Below, in pieces: positions 38,501-53,304 of a stretch of DNA of 64,000 nt; position 1 is the stretch's first letter, and each line of letters begins with the position of its first letter. The position numbers and the translations under genes were made by a program. The notes under the pieces are model-generated. The model saw only the letters and a program-made list of their open reading frames with translations. It had not been told where the DNA came from and searched no databases. The stretch is from Eledone cirrhosa (lineage: Eukaryota): contig OZ024751.1 in the NCBI GenBank assembly GCA_964016885.1, positions 5,332,001-5,396,000 on the forward strand, in the 5' to 3' direction.

Positions 38501-41441
38501 TACGCGTCTTATTTAGGTCGACCATACAGATCACAAACTTGTGATCTGAATAGGCGACCGTTTCAAAATGTGGACATCTTTTACTATTTCTGTCTATTTT
38601 CCTAATGAATATCCTGTCTATATACGATCTAGATGACACTATGTGGTTAGCCCAGGCCCACACTGGCACATTAGGGAAATCTAGTCGGTACCTGTCAGAC
38701 AGTTGGAACTGGCTGATCAGGTTCTTGAGGCTTTTGCACCTCCCGCTCCTATCGGATACTCCCACACAGTCCCAGCGTGCGTCTAAGATGGCGTTCCAGT
38801 CCCCCGCTAACAGTAAAGAGCGAGACGTACCCAGAAATGCTTCCATGCGTCTAAAGAAGTCCGGCCGTCCTGCCCCAGTAGGAGCATAGACGGCCACCAG
38901 TCTAAAGGCACCACCTTCGTTATTGTTCACGTCCAGGACCACCAACTTCCCGTCCGGGTCCCGGAAGATCGACCTTACCTCGAGATCCAGGCCTTTCCTA
39001 AACAGCACTGCCACCCCGCCTCCCATTCCCGGCCGGCTAACAGATGCAAAGATCTGATAGTCGTCGAAAATAGGGGCTAGTGCGCGTGTGTCGGAAATCC
39101 TGGTCTCGCTGACGTCATTACATCCATTTCTATAGACCTGAGGTCATTGAGCAGGTGACCCTGCTTCCAGGACGATCCCAGGCCTCGAACATTTAAACAT
39201 CCTACTCTTAATACGGCCATGTTGGCAGGTTAAAAAGAGAGAGAGAGAGAGCGAGGAAGGTTTACTTACCTTCCGGGCTCTTGTGAAGGTCGGGTTGTTC
39301 GACCTCCATAGTTGGTGGGGTTTCTTTCGGGAACTCCTTTAAAAGTCTTGAAGTGGGTTTTACGTTCGGGGTTCCCACGTCCCGAGGAAAGATGTCTCGT
39401 ATTTCTTTGAATATATCGATTGACATTCGCACCAGAACCAAATCTTCCGGCACGCGAAATGTGCTCGATTTAAAAATGTCTCCCTCTTTTTCTATATTTT
39501 CACTTCGTGCTACTAGGGCCATCAGTTCCTTGTTGGCCGTCCTGACGAGCACGAAGTTTTGTATGTTTTGTTGGTGTGATTTTATTTGTTTGCGTGGCTG
39601 TGGTGGTGATGGTTTTGGTGGTGTTGTTTCGGTTGTGTCTGTGTTTGTTGTGAGTGAGGTGTCTGTGGTTTCAGATGTTTGTGTGTATATTTGTTCTTGC
39701 GTCTGTTTAGGTTGTTTGCGTTTGGGGAATTCTGGTAATGGTGATGGTGGTGTTGATGTTGGTTTTATTGGAGACATGTTTGCGTGGGTGGTGACTGCGT
39801 TTTTTTATGGGTGATTTTATGCTTTGTTGAGTTTTTTTTTCTTTTTGTGTTTCCTTTTTTTGTATTTTGGGGATTTTGGTTTTCCCTCATCTTCACTACT
39901 GGTAGATGAGGGGTCTGTCTGTATGTATCTTTATGGTTTTATTGGTGTGTGTATTTTTGGGGGAGGGGCAATTTGACAGCTTTCCTCGTTTCCCCCCTGG
40001 GTGGTCAATGTTGGTGGTGGTCTTTCTATTGGTGTTGTTGGTGGTGGTTTTGCCGGTGCTAGTGTTGGTTATGGTACTCGCCCCGGCGTCGGCAGCAGTG
40101 GAGCCTTTCGACCCCTTGCCTCTTTCAGCAGTTGAGGGCAGAAGGCTCGCAAATGGGTTTTTTCCCCACAAACAAAACACTGCGGCCTTTTGTCTTCGGT
40201 CATAATGTGAATGACCGTCCCATTCTGAAGGCGGATGTGGTCCGGGATTGTCTTCACATTCTCGGGCCTGATCTCCAGGTCAACCCCGGACCAGTTCTCT
40301 CTGGCCGTTCTGGTCACTTCTATAGGGACGGTATCCTCCCCCTCCACAATCACACATCCCAGAAGCCACCACATGTCAAGTCCTGGTGGGATTCTGGGAA
40401 TGCGGAGACGGGCTGTTCTTTTTCCCATGTGGGAGTGGTACATTATGACCTTGCTGGTTTTGCAAGGAGTCATAGCGTGTTTGATAGCGAGGGCTCCTGA
40501 CTTGAACAGCACCTAAATGGTGCCGTACTGTCTGCCCCTCTTCTATGTATTCGGTGTCTTCTCTGATGCACCTCAGCGCGACTTCGACATCTGCTTGTGG
40601 GATTAAAGCTGCCCTTTTGGTTTGTGCTGAGATGCATCTATAATGCAACGTTCTGCGCTCCACTGCCTCAATAGCTTCTACCGGAACAGTTAAGTTGGCC
40701 CAGGTTTGCTCTTGCTTGATGAGCTTCCATGCCTGGGCCAACTTTTCATCTTTGTTTGAGAGGTCCATGTTGACGAATGGCCTCTTTTTTGCTGCTGCCG
40801 CAGCGAAGTGTTCTTCTTGTTTTCGTTGGGGTTGTTGTTGTCGTTGTCGTTATTCTTGTTGGTGTTGTTGTTATCACTGTCGCTGTTATCATTGTTGTCT
40901 TTGTTGCCACCGTTGTTCTCGGTGCCGTTGGTGTTGTTGGTGTTGGTGTTGTCGCTATTTGTTTTCATGTTAGTGGTGTTGATATTGTTGTTGCATTTGT
41001 CATTTTTTGTTTTTGTTTTCTGTATTTTCGTTGTCGCTGTTACTGTCATTTTTTTCAAAATTAGAGTTCTCATTGGTATCATTGGTGTCTTTGTTTACCT
41101 TGTTTGTGGTGGTGTTTGTGGTGGTGTTTGTGTTATCAATGAATGTGTGTTAATTTCGCTGTAGTGCTCCTCTCAACTTTTACGTCGTTGACGCACGACA
41201 GCAGACATATCGCTGGGGGGCGTGGCTCAGCCATGTTTTTTTTTTTCTTCGTAAATTTTTTAACATGAAAAAAAAGTTCAAATATTTGGGCCAAAAGGCC
41301 CAAATATTATACTTTCCCCTTCACGGGGCAAAATCAAAGGGCTTATATCCCTTACACAACAAGAAATATTTAACAACAAATAATTTTAACAGGCAAATAA
41401 AGCGACTTACTGGGAGCGAGCAAAATACGTCCGCTTAGACC
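35524..41441 (-). mobile_element. Full-length but decayed Tx1-type element of a divergent subfamily
   Basis: ORF1 remnant 41234-39262 (CFVCGEKTHLRAFC). ORF2 remnant 39220-35801 (VYAP, GDWN, SDH, RPITLLN, YADD, CPRC) with many frameshifts. (TAA)n on + at both ends. Confidence 0.93.
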
Positions 41442-41450
41442 AATAATAAA

Positions 41451-41502
<52 letters not shown>

Positions 41503-41880
41503 GTACATGACAGCTTTGAATGCTAATTTTGTTGTTATTCATACATCAGGTTAAAGATTATTTATAAGATATTCCGGATCTTTCCCAGAAATAGCAATCG
41601 GAGACTGTTTCTCATCATGGTTGTAGCTATTTATCACAGCAATAAAAGACAGAGATAATTATCAGAGAGGGTTTCCATAGCAACGGATTTCTATTTCTTT
41701 TGGATTAAATACACTGGCAAATCATCAGTGCTCAGTTACAGTAATTTGTATAGTATAGTTAATGTAACGTCTGCTTCTTGTGTAGCTCCAGTAACGGCTG
41801 AAATCATTAATCACATTTCTGTGCTAGCTCTCCTTCTCCCCCTCTCATACTTCGTTTGTTCACCATCCGGCTTACATGGC

Positions 41881-42157
<277 letters not shown>

Positions 42158-42161
<4 letters not shown>

Positions 42162-42348
42162 GTTTCTACTTTTGGCACAAGGCCAGTAATTATCCCAGTG
42201 CATTACTGGTACTTTATTTTATCGACCCCGTAAGGATGAAAGGCAAAGTTAACCTCGGCGGGATTTGAACTCAGATCATAAAGGGGCGTAACTCTATACG
42301 TGAAAGCATGGCGTCCGACCCTCTACCGATACTGCCAATCGACCACCC
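42158..42348 (-). mobile_element. tRNA-type SINE, full length
   Basis: Matches 58184-58369. Confidence 0.88.
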
Positions 42349-42359
42349 TATATATATAA

Positions 42360-43845
<1,486 letters not shown>

Positions 43846-43975
43846 CTTGACTCTGTTTTCCTGTATTTTTCATCGAAAAAAATTTTTTGAATACATCTTC
43901 TCTTTTCATGATATTCAGATGACATTGAGTTCTTCATACGGATTGGACACTACCGTATATTTTGGTAGATTTATC

Positions 43976-44009
<34 letters not shown>

Positions 44010-44014
<5 letters not shown>

Positions 44015-44791
44015 TTAGTTATACTATTTATGGTTATGTAAATACAAAACCTAATGCAGTTATAAGTATTTTACACACACCCTAAATAGTGGTAGGCAGT
44101 AATGTATTACTACCTTATTACCAGTAAGTTAAGTAGCTCAATGTAAAAACATCAGATGATTTACAGAGCAGTTATATGAAATTGTCGTGGATTATGTGAA
44201 GGGCATATAATCGAAAAATACACTCCCCTGACCATGAAAATGCCGAAGTACATGAAATACTTGACATCCATTCGCTGTGCATCTCCAATACTTTTAACAC
44301 TTTTAATGCTTGCACTATTTTTAATGCTTATAATATTTCTCCACACACAGACTATATCAATCATATAAAGAATTTGCCACCAGATCTACCAACCTAACAC
44401 TCTTGTTTACCTACCTAAGTGCCTCTACCACACATATCTCTCTGCCACACTATATAAACAAGATGCACATGCGTGCCACACATATAACATTTGCACTATA
44501 TAACCGCTTATCTTCATGTTGTATTTTAACCTGTATTTTTGATTTTTGATTGTACCTCTTAATATAAATGTAATCTCGAAGCGTGTACTGCCACTCTAAA
44601 TTCTGTAATGAATGTTGACCCACAATGTTTGAATATGTATCAATGTTTGAATATGTATCGGTATGTCTCTCGGCTGAAGAGGAGGTCATATAATTGTCCA
44701 TGCATTAATAAATTGCTCCGGAGAATCCAAACCTCGGTTTGGAGGAAACAGCTGTAAGCACAATAATGTTTTGAACAGTTCTTTGATTCTT

Positions 44792-44800
<9 letters not shown>
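44010..44800 (+). mobile_element. Family F PLE-like element, second locus, with inverted terminal segment
   Basis: 44010-44183 matches 30545-30717; 44184-44793 is the reverse complement of 31596-32172; (TA)n flanks. Confidence 0.72.
44714..44760 (+). ncRNA. Minimal hammerhead variant (family F)
   Basis: tgct CCGGAGA a tccaaacc-tc-ggtttgga g GAA ACAGCTGT A agca; stem III is a perfect palindrome; A6 mutated. Confidence 0.6.
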
Positions 44801-44856
<56 letters not shown>

Positions 44857-44926
44857 GTTTAAGCAAAGAATCGCTGCTTTCACCCTTAACGGGATCTTCT
44901 GAAACTAACAAAGTCAATCTGTGAAC

Positions 44927-45530
44927 GATATATATATATATATCATAAATAATGTCCCTAGAATTATTAGATAAAATATATACAATTTCCTCTCCCAATT
45001 AGCATAATTAACCATATAAAAAATCGATTAGACCAGGCTATAAGAATAAAGGCTTCTATGAAGAAATATTTGATAAATAACCGAAAGCAGCCTCTTCGCG
45101 GTTGACCACAATAGAGTATTTACCCAACATTTCAACAGCATGTAGAAACTGACCAAATATATCGTCAACCATACACAATTAGGTATAAATTTAAAGTTAG
45201 AAGAAACGTCTACATACCGTAATTATATCCCTACCATGGTTTCGTTCGTATTTTGAGACATCCTATTCAGGATAAATCTCGAGTATCGAACTCATCAGGA
45301 GACAAACTCAATAGGACAGTTAATTTTCCAAAGCGATCCCGCCAGAAATAGATTTTAAAAATGGCTAACAATCGTGAAGTGGCAGTGGTCAAGTTAGAAA
45401 GAATGTGATTAGTTGCTTACGGCGAGTAGGCTGATTGCTAAAAAGCGCAGCCCGATATCGCCCAAATTGCATCTCAACCCAACGGGAGATTATTAAATAT
45501 AAAGATTTACATATACATAAAGTCACAGAT
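44927..45530. mobile_element. Family E, second and diverged copy
   Basis: Colinear with 29530-30140. Confidence 0.68.
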
Positions 45531-45794
45531 ATATATAATTTATTTATATATATATATATAAATTTATATATATATATATATTTAGAAAAACACACACACG
45601 CACTCGTGCACACACACGTGCACACGCACAAACACATGTATATGTTTATTTATATAAAATACATATTATATAATATATATGTAATGTATATATATATATA
45701 TATATATAATCGAATAAAGTTAACTACACAGAAGGAAAAGTTTTATCAAGTGGTGAGACACCAACTTCAATGAATATATATATATATATACGTG

Positions 45795-45837
<43 letters not shown>

Positions 45838-45839
<2 letters not shown>

Positions 45840-46153
45840 TTTCATTTATTGGCCACAAGGGCCGACATATAGGGGACAATACAAAAGACTGGGACAGTGG
45901 GGTTTTACAGAAAAATCGAGTAAACAATATGAATAACAATAACAAAGTAATAAGAAAAATACAACAAGAAAAATTCCCCAATAGGAGGGATGACCACCCA
46001 GGGTTCGCTCAGGTACCCCACCAATCCTGAACGACCCGACGCTTCGAGAGCACCCAGAAATGCACCCCTCTCCTCCTCAAATTTAACCATCTACAGCTGC
46101 ATGACCAGAGTAGGCCCACTCACACCACATTCACCCACCATTCAGCAAATGTA
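45838..46153 (-). mobile_element. 5'-truncated Tx1 3' end (subfamily of 35524-41441)
   Basis: Matches 35524-35877; (TAA)n on both sides. Confidence 0.9.
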
Positions 46154-46177
46154 TAATAATAATAATAATAATAATAA

Positions 46178-49100
46178 AATGTGGAAAAGGAGCACACGAG
46201 TTGGGATATATATATATAAAATATGGAGAAAAAGACGCTTATTAGGAAGAAAAATATTTTGTTTTCCCTTTTGTTTTTCTCTTTTTTTCTGGGTTAGAAC
46301 ATTTTTAAAACAAATTATTTTACTTTGTCTGAAGTGTTAAGGCATTAATTAATCTATTTATTAATTAACAATGGCATTTATTTATTTATATATTTAATAA
46401 TTGTCTATTACCGGTTTCAGCATTTTATGCATTATCAAAGGGAGGAATATGTATTGGTGTAAAATGGTGATGTTGAACCTGTTAAGGAAATGGTGAAGAA
46501 AGAATAATGCTATTTACAAACAAGGTTTTTGAAGAGAAAAGAAAAAAGAAAAAAAGGGGTGGTAATGTGGAACATAATAAGGTAATAGGAAAGAAAAAAT
46601 AATATTATTTACAGGCATAGTTCTTCAAGATAAGCAGTTCAAAATGTGTTATTATGGCAAGAGTGCTTAGTTGATCCGTGATGGAGGCAAATGGTAGTCT
46701 GGGGTTTGATATGATTTCCCTTTTTAGAGAGTTAATATGCAGGGGGAGGTAATTGAGGGTGGTCAGGTAGGTGAGAGAGAAATGAGGGATGGTATATAAT
46801 TTACATAAGAAAAAGGATTAGGTAGGGTGTACGGGAGGTAACTCTTTAGAGAAACAAAGGGATTTGGTTTTGGTTCATTGTTCGTTCCAGTTTTAGTTTA
46901 GTCCGAAGTTTAGTCCATTAAATAGAGGTTGGAATTTGTTAATGAAGTACGTTTCCTTATTGATACGATGGATGAAAGAAGCGTTGTCTATGAATTTGTA
47001 AATGGGGAAAATTTTAAAGTTTGGATGCTGGTTAGGTGCACAATTGGCGATATGTTCATTAAACACAATCTTTCTGTATTCCTGTATTTTGATTTGTGAT
47101 CTATGGCCGGTCATACATTGTCGGAGGCTGTTTTTTGTCTGTCCTATGTAGTGCTCTTAACAACCTGAGCAGGTCAAAACATAGATTAGGTTTCCAGATG
47201 CACATGTAAAGTTGTGTTTAACTGTGAAACATTGTCCTTGTTTAAAATGGAATGTTGAACCTTCTATTAGATTTATGCATATGCCACAGTTGGGCCGTCC
47301 ACATTTTTTACTGTAGGGTTCATTGTGAGGGTTGGTTGGATTTTGGCTTGTGTGAGGATGTTTCTTATGGATTTAGGTTGTTTTTTTTGCTCTTTATGAT
47401 GTGTGTTTGGAGGATATTGTTCATTCTTGGGTCTCTTTTTAGTAAAGGAATATTCTGGAGGATGGTGTCGAATGCCTCATTGTTGAGGGGTTGTGTGTGG
47501 AGATGTATGGTAGAGTTTTCTGTTGGGGTTCATTCCTGGGTTTGGGATGTCTGAGTTCCTGGATGTTGAGTTTTAGGGCACGTTGGAATACATTGTTCAT
47601 TAGGGATGGTGGGTAGTTTCTGCTTATAAGTGTGTTCTTTAATTCTTCTAGTCGTGTGTAGCATGTGTATTTATTTGAAACTATTGTGCAGATACTTCTG
47701 GCTTGGTTATAAGGAATTGCCATTTTGGTGTGTCTAGGGTGGCACGAATTGAATGGAAGATATTGTTTGGAGTCTGTGGGTTTGTAGTATATGTCTGTTT
47801 CTATTTTGTTGCTTGTTTTCTTGATGAGGATGTCAAGGAAAGGGAGTTGTTCATGGCCGTAATCCATTGTGAATTGTAAGTTAGTGTTAGTCCATTTAGA
47901 AGTGTTTTAAACTCAATCAGTTTATCTATACTTTCATGCCAGAGGATGAAGCAGTCGTCCAGATATCTCTTCCAGTCTTTTTCAATGTAAAGGTAGAAAT
48001 GGTTGCCGTATTTATCTAGAACCTTGTGGTAGAGAGTGGTTTCCAAATATCCCATGACAAGGTTGGCGTATGAGGGGGATACTTCCGTGCCCATGGCAGT
48101 CCCAGATTTCTGTCTGTAGTATTTGGCATCGAATTCGAAGAAGTTGTTTTCCAAGATGAATTTGAGTCCCTCCAACACAAATTCTTTAGGGATGCGCTGT
48201 GGGAGTTCACTAGGGAAATGTTCAAGCCAGGATTGTATTGCCTGTATACCTAGGTTGTGTGGGATATTGGAATATAAATTGATGACATCAAAGGTTACTA
48301 GTAGGGTATGTTCGTTTTGGGTGTTGTTGGGAGGTAGTTGAGCATGTCAAGGTCGTCCCTTATGAAGCTTTTTATGTGTTTTAGGAAAGGTTTAATCAGA
48401 ATATCTAGGAAGTTGCTTAGACGGTGGGTTTCACATGTGGTACCTGCTATTATGGGTCTTAATTTAAGGTCATCAGGAGGGGGGTATATTGATGTAAATG
48501 TCTGTGGCTTGCTTGCAGGCCCTGCCTATTACTTCGCTTTTGTGTCTTTGGGATACCGTAGGCGAGGCTGGTTCTGCTTTTGAAATTGGTGATGTAGTTG
48601 TATTCCTTGTCTGTAAGGCCTGCTGTGTAAAGGGTTGTTGGGGATTTTAGGTTTCTCATTATTTTCTGTTGTGTGTAGTGTTGGGCCTTTTCGTAAGATG
48701 TTTGGTTTTCTAGAGTTGAGAGGACTAGAGTCGTGTAGTAATCTGTCCTCATAAGGATTACTGCACTCCCTTTATCTGCCTCTTGGATTGTTAGGGTTCT
48801 GTCATTCTTTAGACTGTTAAGACCATTCCATTCTTTTTTGCTTAGGTTTGGTTTTTGTTTATGTCTGTGTAGGTGGGGGTATGGGTAATTAGTAATGTCT
48901 TCACAGAATTGACCGAGGAATTTGTTCTTGCGTTTTGGTGGGGTTGCTTCTATTTCTGGCTATGGAGTCATCGTCATTGTATTTGTCGTATAGTTGCTAG
49001 CTGAGTCTTAGTTTTCTACAGAATTATGCAATGTCTTCCTTCATTTGGGGTAGTTTAGTCGTTGGGGAGTTGGTGTAAATTTCAGACCTTTGGAGAGTAT

Positions 49101-51231
49101 GTTGATTTGGTCTGTTGTTAATTCTTTAGAGGTTAAATTAACGATTTTTATTACATTTTGTGTCTCCTGTGTGTTTTGTGTTATCTTGTTACCCTGTGTC
49201 TGTGTGCTGTGTCTAAAAAATGACTACTGAAGTTGTGGTGGTTGTTGAAGTTTGAATGTCCCTTATGGTTGTATTGGCCCCTGCTGATGTTGTTAGAGGG
49301 TGTGTAGCTGTGGTGGTTGTTGAAGTTAGGTTGTATCGTGTGGTTGTATTGAGCCCTGCTGTTGTTTTTGTAGGGTGTGTAGATTTGATGGACGTGGTTA
49401 TAGGGTGTGAAGTTGTGGTGGTTGTTGAAGTTGGGTTGTATCGTATGGTTGTGTTGAGCACTGCTGTTGTTGTAGGGTGTGTAGACTTGGTGGTAGTTGT
49501 AGTAGGGTTGTCTTGTGGGGTTATATTGAGTCCTGCTGTTGTTGTTGTATGGTGTGTAGTTATGGTGGTTATACTGGTTAGGGTATCTCGTGTGGTTGTA
49601 TTGTCTCCTGCTGGTGTTGTTGTAGTAGGATGTGGTTAGTGGAGGAGGGTAGATTAGGGTCTCCTTATAGTTGGTGTGTGGTTGTGAGTCCCTGTGTGAC
49701 ATGTGTGGTAGTTGTGTATTTTGGGTTCTATATTGAAAGTAACGATGTTTGCGAGTTTGTTGTGTGGGGATATTAGGGGGGTTGTAAGTGTGGGGGATTC
49801 TATGGTTTCTCTTGGTGGGAGAGAAGTTGTAGTGTCTATCTTGTAGCTGATGTCTCTCTATTACTATATTTGTTGATTGGGAATCCGTGTGGTAGTTATG
49901 TGGTGGGTGTAGGAGGTAGTGGCGAGGTGATGCCTTCTTTTTTTGGTATGTGGGGAGGTATTGTTTTTTTGTTGTTGTTGGTTGTTGTGTGGTGTTTGGG
50001 TGGTGATTGGGTTTTCTTGTTATTATAGTTTTAATGAAGAGTTTCTTGGATGTGTATTCTTTTTGGAAAAGTGTTTCATAGAGAACCAGGTTTCGTTTAT
50101 TTCCCAACGTTGAAGGGATTTTAATTCTTTCTATTACAGTCCTCTAACCATAATTTTGAAATATTTTCTAGGGTGGTGTCTTTGGTTTTATTGATAATTG
50201 CTTGATTAATCTCATCGTCGATTGATTTGATGCTGTCTTCATTTGTTTGGGCTCTCAATTTAAGGAGTTCAATTTCGGTTTTTATGTTATCAAGTGCCAG
50301 TCTTTCCCTGAGGTGTCTTTGTGTCTCGGGTTCGTTTGGAATGGATTTAATTTGTAGTTTGCGGAGGATGTGTTTTTATTGTTTCACATAAGTTGTTGAT
50401 ATTGTTGTTGATTTCAAAGGATGTATATTTGGGGATTGTTTCTCCACTTGTAGAGTTTAGTTTGTTGGCGAGTATTGACAAATTAGAGTTTATTTTTTGT
50501 AGTTCTTGGAATATCTCTTGATTGATGCTAATGAGAGTGGAGTCTGTTTTTGTTTTAGTAGGCATTTTCTGTATCTCGTGTGCGAGTAAATAATAATAAT
50601 AAAATGTGGAGAAGGAGCACAGGAATTGGGATATAAATATATATATGAAAATAGGGAGAAAAAGACGATTATTAGGAAGAAAAATATATTTTTTCCCTTT
50701 TGTTTTTTCTTTTTTTTCTAGGTTAGAAAATGTTTAAAACAAAATATTTTATTTTGTGTGAAGTCTTAAGTTATTAGGTAATTTATTTATTAATTAACAA
50801 TGGCATTTATTTATTTATATATTTAATAATTGTCTATTACCGGTTTCAGTATTTTATGCATTATCAAAGGGGGGAATATGTATCGGTGTAAAAGGTGATG
50901 TTGAACCTGTTAAGGAAATGGTGAAGAAAGAATAATGTTATTTACAAAAAGAAAAAAAAATGTGGAACATAATAAAGTAATAGGAAAGAAAAAAATAATA
51001 TTATTTACAGGCATAGTTCTTGAAGATAAGCAGTTCAAAATGTGTTATGGCAAGAGTGCTTAGTTGATCCATGATGGAGGTAAATGGTAGTCTGGGGTTA
51101 GATATGATTTCCCTCTTTAGAGAGTTAATATGCAGGGGGAGGTAATTGGGGGTGGTCAGGTAGGTGAGAGAGAAATGAGAGAGGGTATATAATTTATATA
51201 AGAAAAAGGATTAGGTAGGGTGTAAGGGAGG
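46178..51231 (-). mobile_element. Penelope-like element, decayed, with direct pLTRs 46178-46839 and 50601-51231
   Basis: Two ~640-bp direct repeats bracket RT + GIY-YIG remnants. Confidence 0.92.
46893..50565 (-). pseudogene. PLE RT/GIY-YIG ORF remnant (Neptune-like layout, inferred)
   Basis: TFDVINLYSNIP, YRQKSGTAMG...PSYANLVMG, RYLDDCF, LPFLDI, YYKPTD...SCHP, CGRPNCGIC, NLIYVLTCSGC...YIGQT; multiple stops and frameshifts. Confidence 0.9.
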
Positions 51232-51496
51232 AAAGGTCACAAATTTGATGCCTCTAGTATTGTGGAGATATGGTCAACGTTTGGCCTTGAAACCATTAGG
51301 ATTCTTTTTGTTTCGTGTATGAACAGAAATATAATATGATATTTCTGCTCTCTTCCCGAGCACGGTTTTCCTTCTTTTCTTTTCACACACACACACGCGC
51401 ACAGACGCACACACACACAGACACACACATGCGCACACACACACACACACACACGCGCGCACTCACACATATATATATTGTGTTGTAGCATTGTGG

Positions 51497-51897
51497 AATA
51501 TTTGGAAGCCTGACAATGTGTGTTTGGTAAACATGCCAGGGTAATAAGAAAGTAGAGAATAAAAAGAACTCAAGTAAAATATATACGTGAGGACTTAAGA
51601 AAGTTACCCTAACAATTTTTAATGATCGCAAATATTTTCGGACTTTAATGGTTTTTATTCAAAATAAATCGAACGACCAGCAACGTCATTTCTCAGGTTT
51701 CTCTCAGAAGCCCCTCCTACGCAGGGACTCCACTTGATATTGATGGAAAATCCGAAAATATTTGGAACCATTAAAAATTGCTACCGTAGCATTCTTTCGT
51801 CCTCACTCTTTAACTTTACTTCACTGTTTTCTTTTTTATCCTATTACTTATTACCTTGGCATTTTTACCAAACACACATTGTCGGGCTTCCAAATAA
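51497..51897. repeat. Old inverted repeat, ~150-bp arms (foldback/MITE or PLE inversion)
   Basis: tatttggaagcctgacaatgtgtgtttggtaaa...atattttcgga vs tccgaaaatat...tttaccaaacacacattgtcgggcttccaaata. Confidence 0.75.
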
Positions 51898-52170
51898 CCA
51901 AACTTATTTCTTAGTTATCTCATATATATATATATTAATTCAAAATATTAACAAAATAGATATTCTTGTGATCAAGTATATTTTATTGTACATATTTCAG
52001 AGGTACTGAGTTAACTTCAACAGTACGTCCTCATCAGATAAAATAAGATGATGCATGGCATACCCTGACTTAGTAGATGGTTAATATTCAGTCATGGTAG
52101 TTATATTGAGTGCTTCCAATCTATTGTAAAACTCATTCTTTGATTTATTCATTGAACCTTGTTTAACTTT

Positions 52171-52241
<71 letters not shown>

Positions 52242-52692
52242 TGGTGCTCCGGAATATTGATAAACATTTGCATGTACGTATTGTAGATCTAACAATATAC
52301 GGAATGTTTATGAAAAAACATTTTGAACGCCTTTCATGTGTGTGTGTGCGTGTGTGTGTGTATGTGTGTGGGTGTATGTGTGAGGATGTATGTGTGTGTG
52401 TATGTGTATGTGTGTGGGTGTGTGTGTATGTGTGTGTATGCGTGTGCGTGTGTGTATGTGTGTGTGTGTGTGTGTGTATGTATGTGTATGTATGTGTGTA
52501 TGCGTGTGTGTGTGTTTGTATGTGTGTGTGTATGTGTGTGCGTGCTCGCAAGCCATCAGGGACTCATTAGGCCGGTGATTATTCCTGGTTTCTTGGTGAT
52601 AGTTAAGCGCCAGAGAGTACAACTGTGTCCTGGATAGAACGCCAGTCTGTCGCAGGGCTAACTCTCAGCCTCAGCTTTGTATATTTAAATAT

Positions 52693-52866
52693 AATTGTTT
52701 CTATTTTAGGCACAAAGCCAGCAATTACCCAGTACATTACTGGTACTTATTTTATCGACCCCGAAAGGATAAAAGGCAAAGTTAACCTCGGCAGGATTTG
52801 AACTCAGATCGTAAAGGGACGTAACTATTCTGGAAAGCATGTCCGACCCTCTACCGATACTGCCAA
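52693..52866 (-). mobile_element. tRNA-type SINE
   Basis: Matches 58184-58369. Confidence 0.85.
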
Positions 52867-53304
52867 TATAAACTTGCATTAATGAAGGACTCAATAATAT
52901 TTCTGGAGTCAAAATAATATTTAATATTAACGTTGTTTAAATTGGAATTTCACCAATACTAGATGCTCATTTAAAAATGTATCGATTAAAATGTAGTATA
53001 GATTAATATAAGTGAATGGTCAATAAAATATATTACACACACAGAGATACACATACATATAGATACACAATATAGAGACACATACACACATATACACGCA
53101 TACACATACACACAAAAAAGACACGCGCAATTACATATATATAAATATTTGTATATGTCTATTTATTTTTAATCTATATGTACACACACACACACACACA
53201 CACGGATATATATGTATATACATGTTTGTGTCTATATATGTGTTTATAAATTTAATCTCATAGTCACCCACTCCCATTAAATATATATATATGTATATAT
53301 ATAT

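Noticed and set aside
46178-51231. LTR retrotransposon (direct terminal repeats)
   Set aside because: No TG...CA ends, PBS, protease or integrase; RT and GIY-YIG motifs are Penelope-type.
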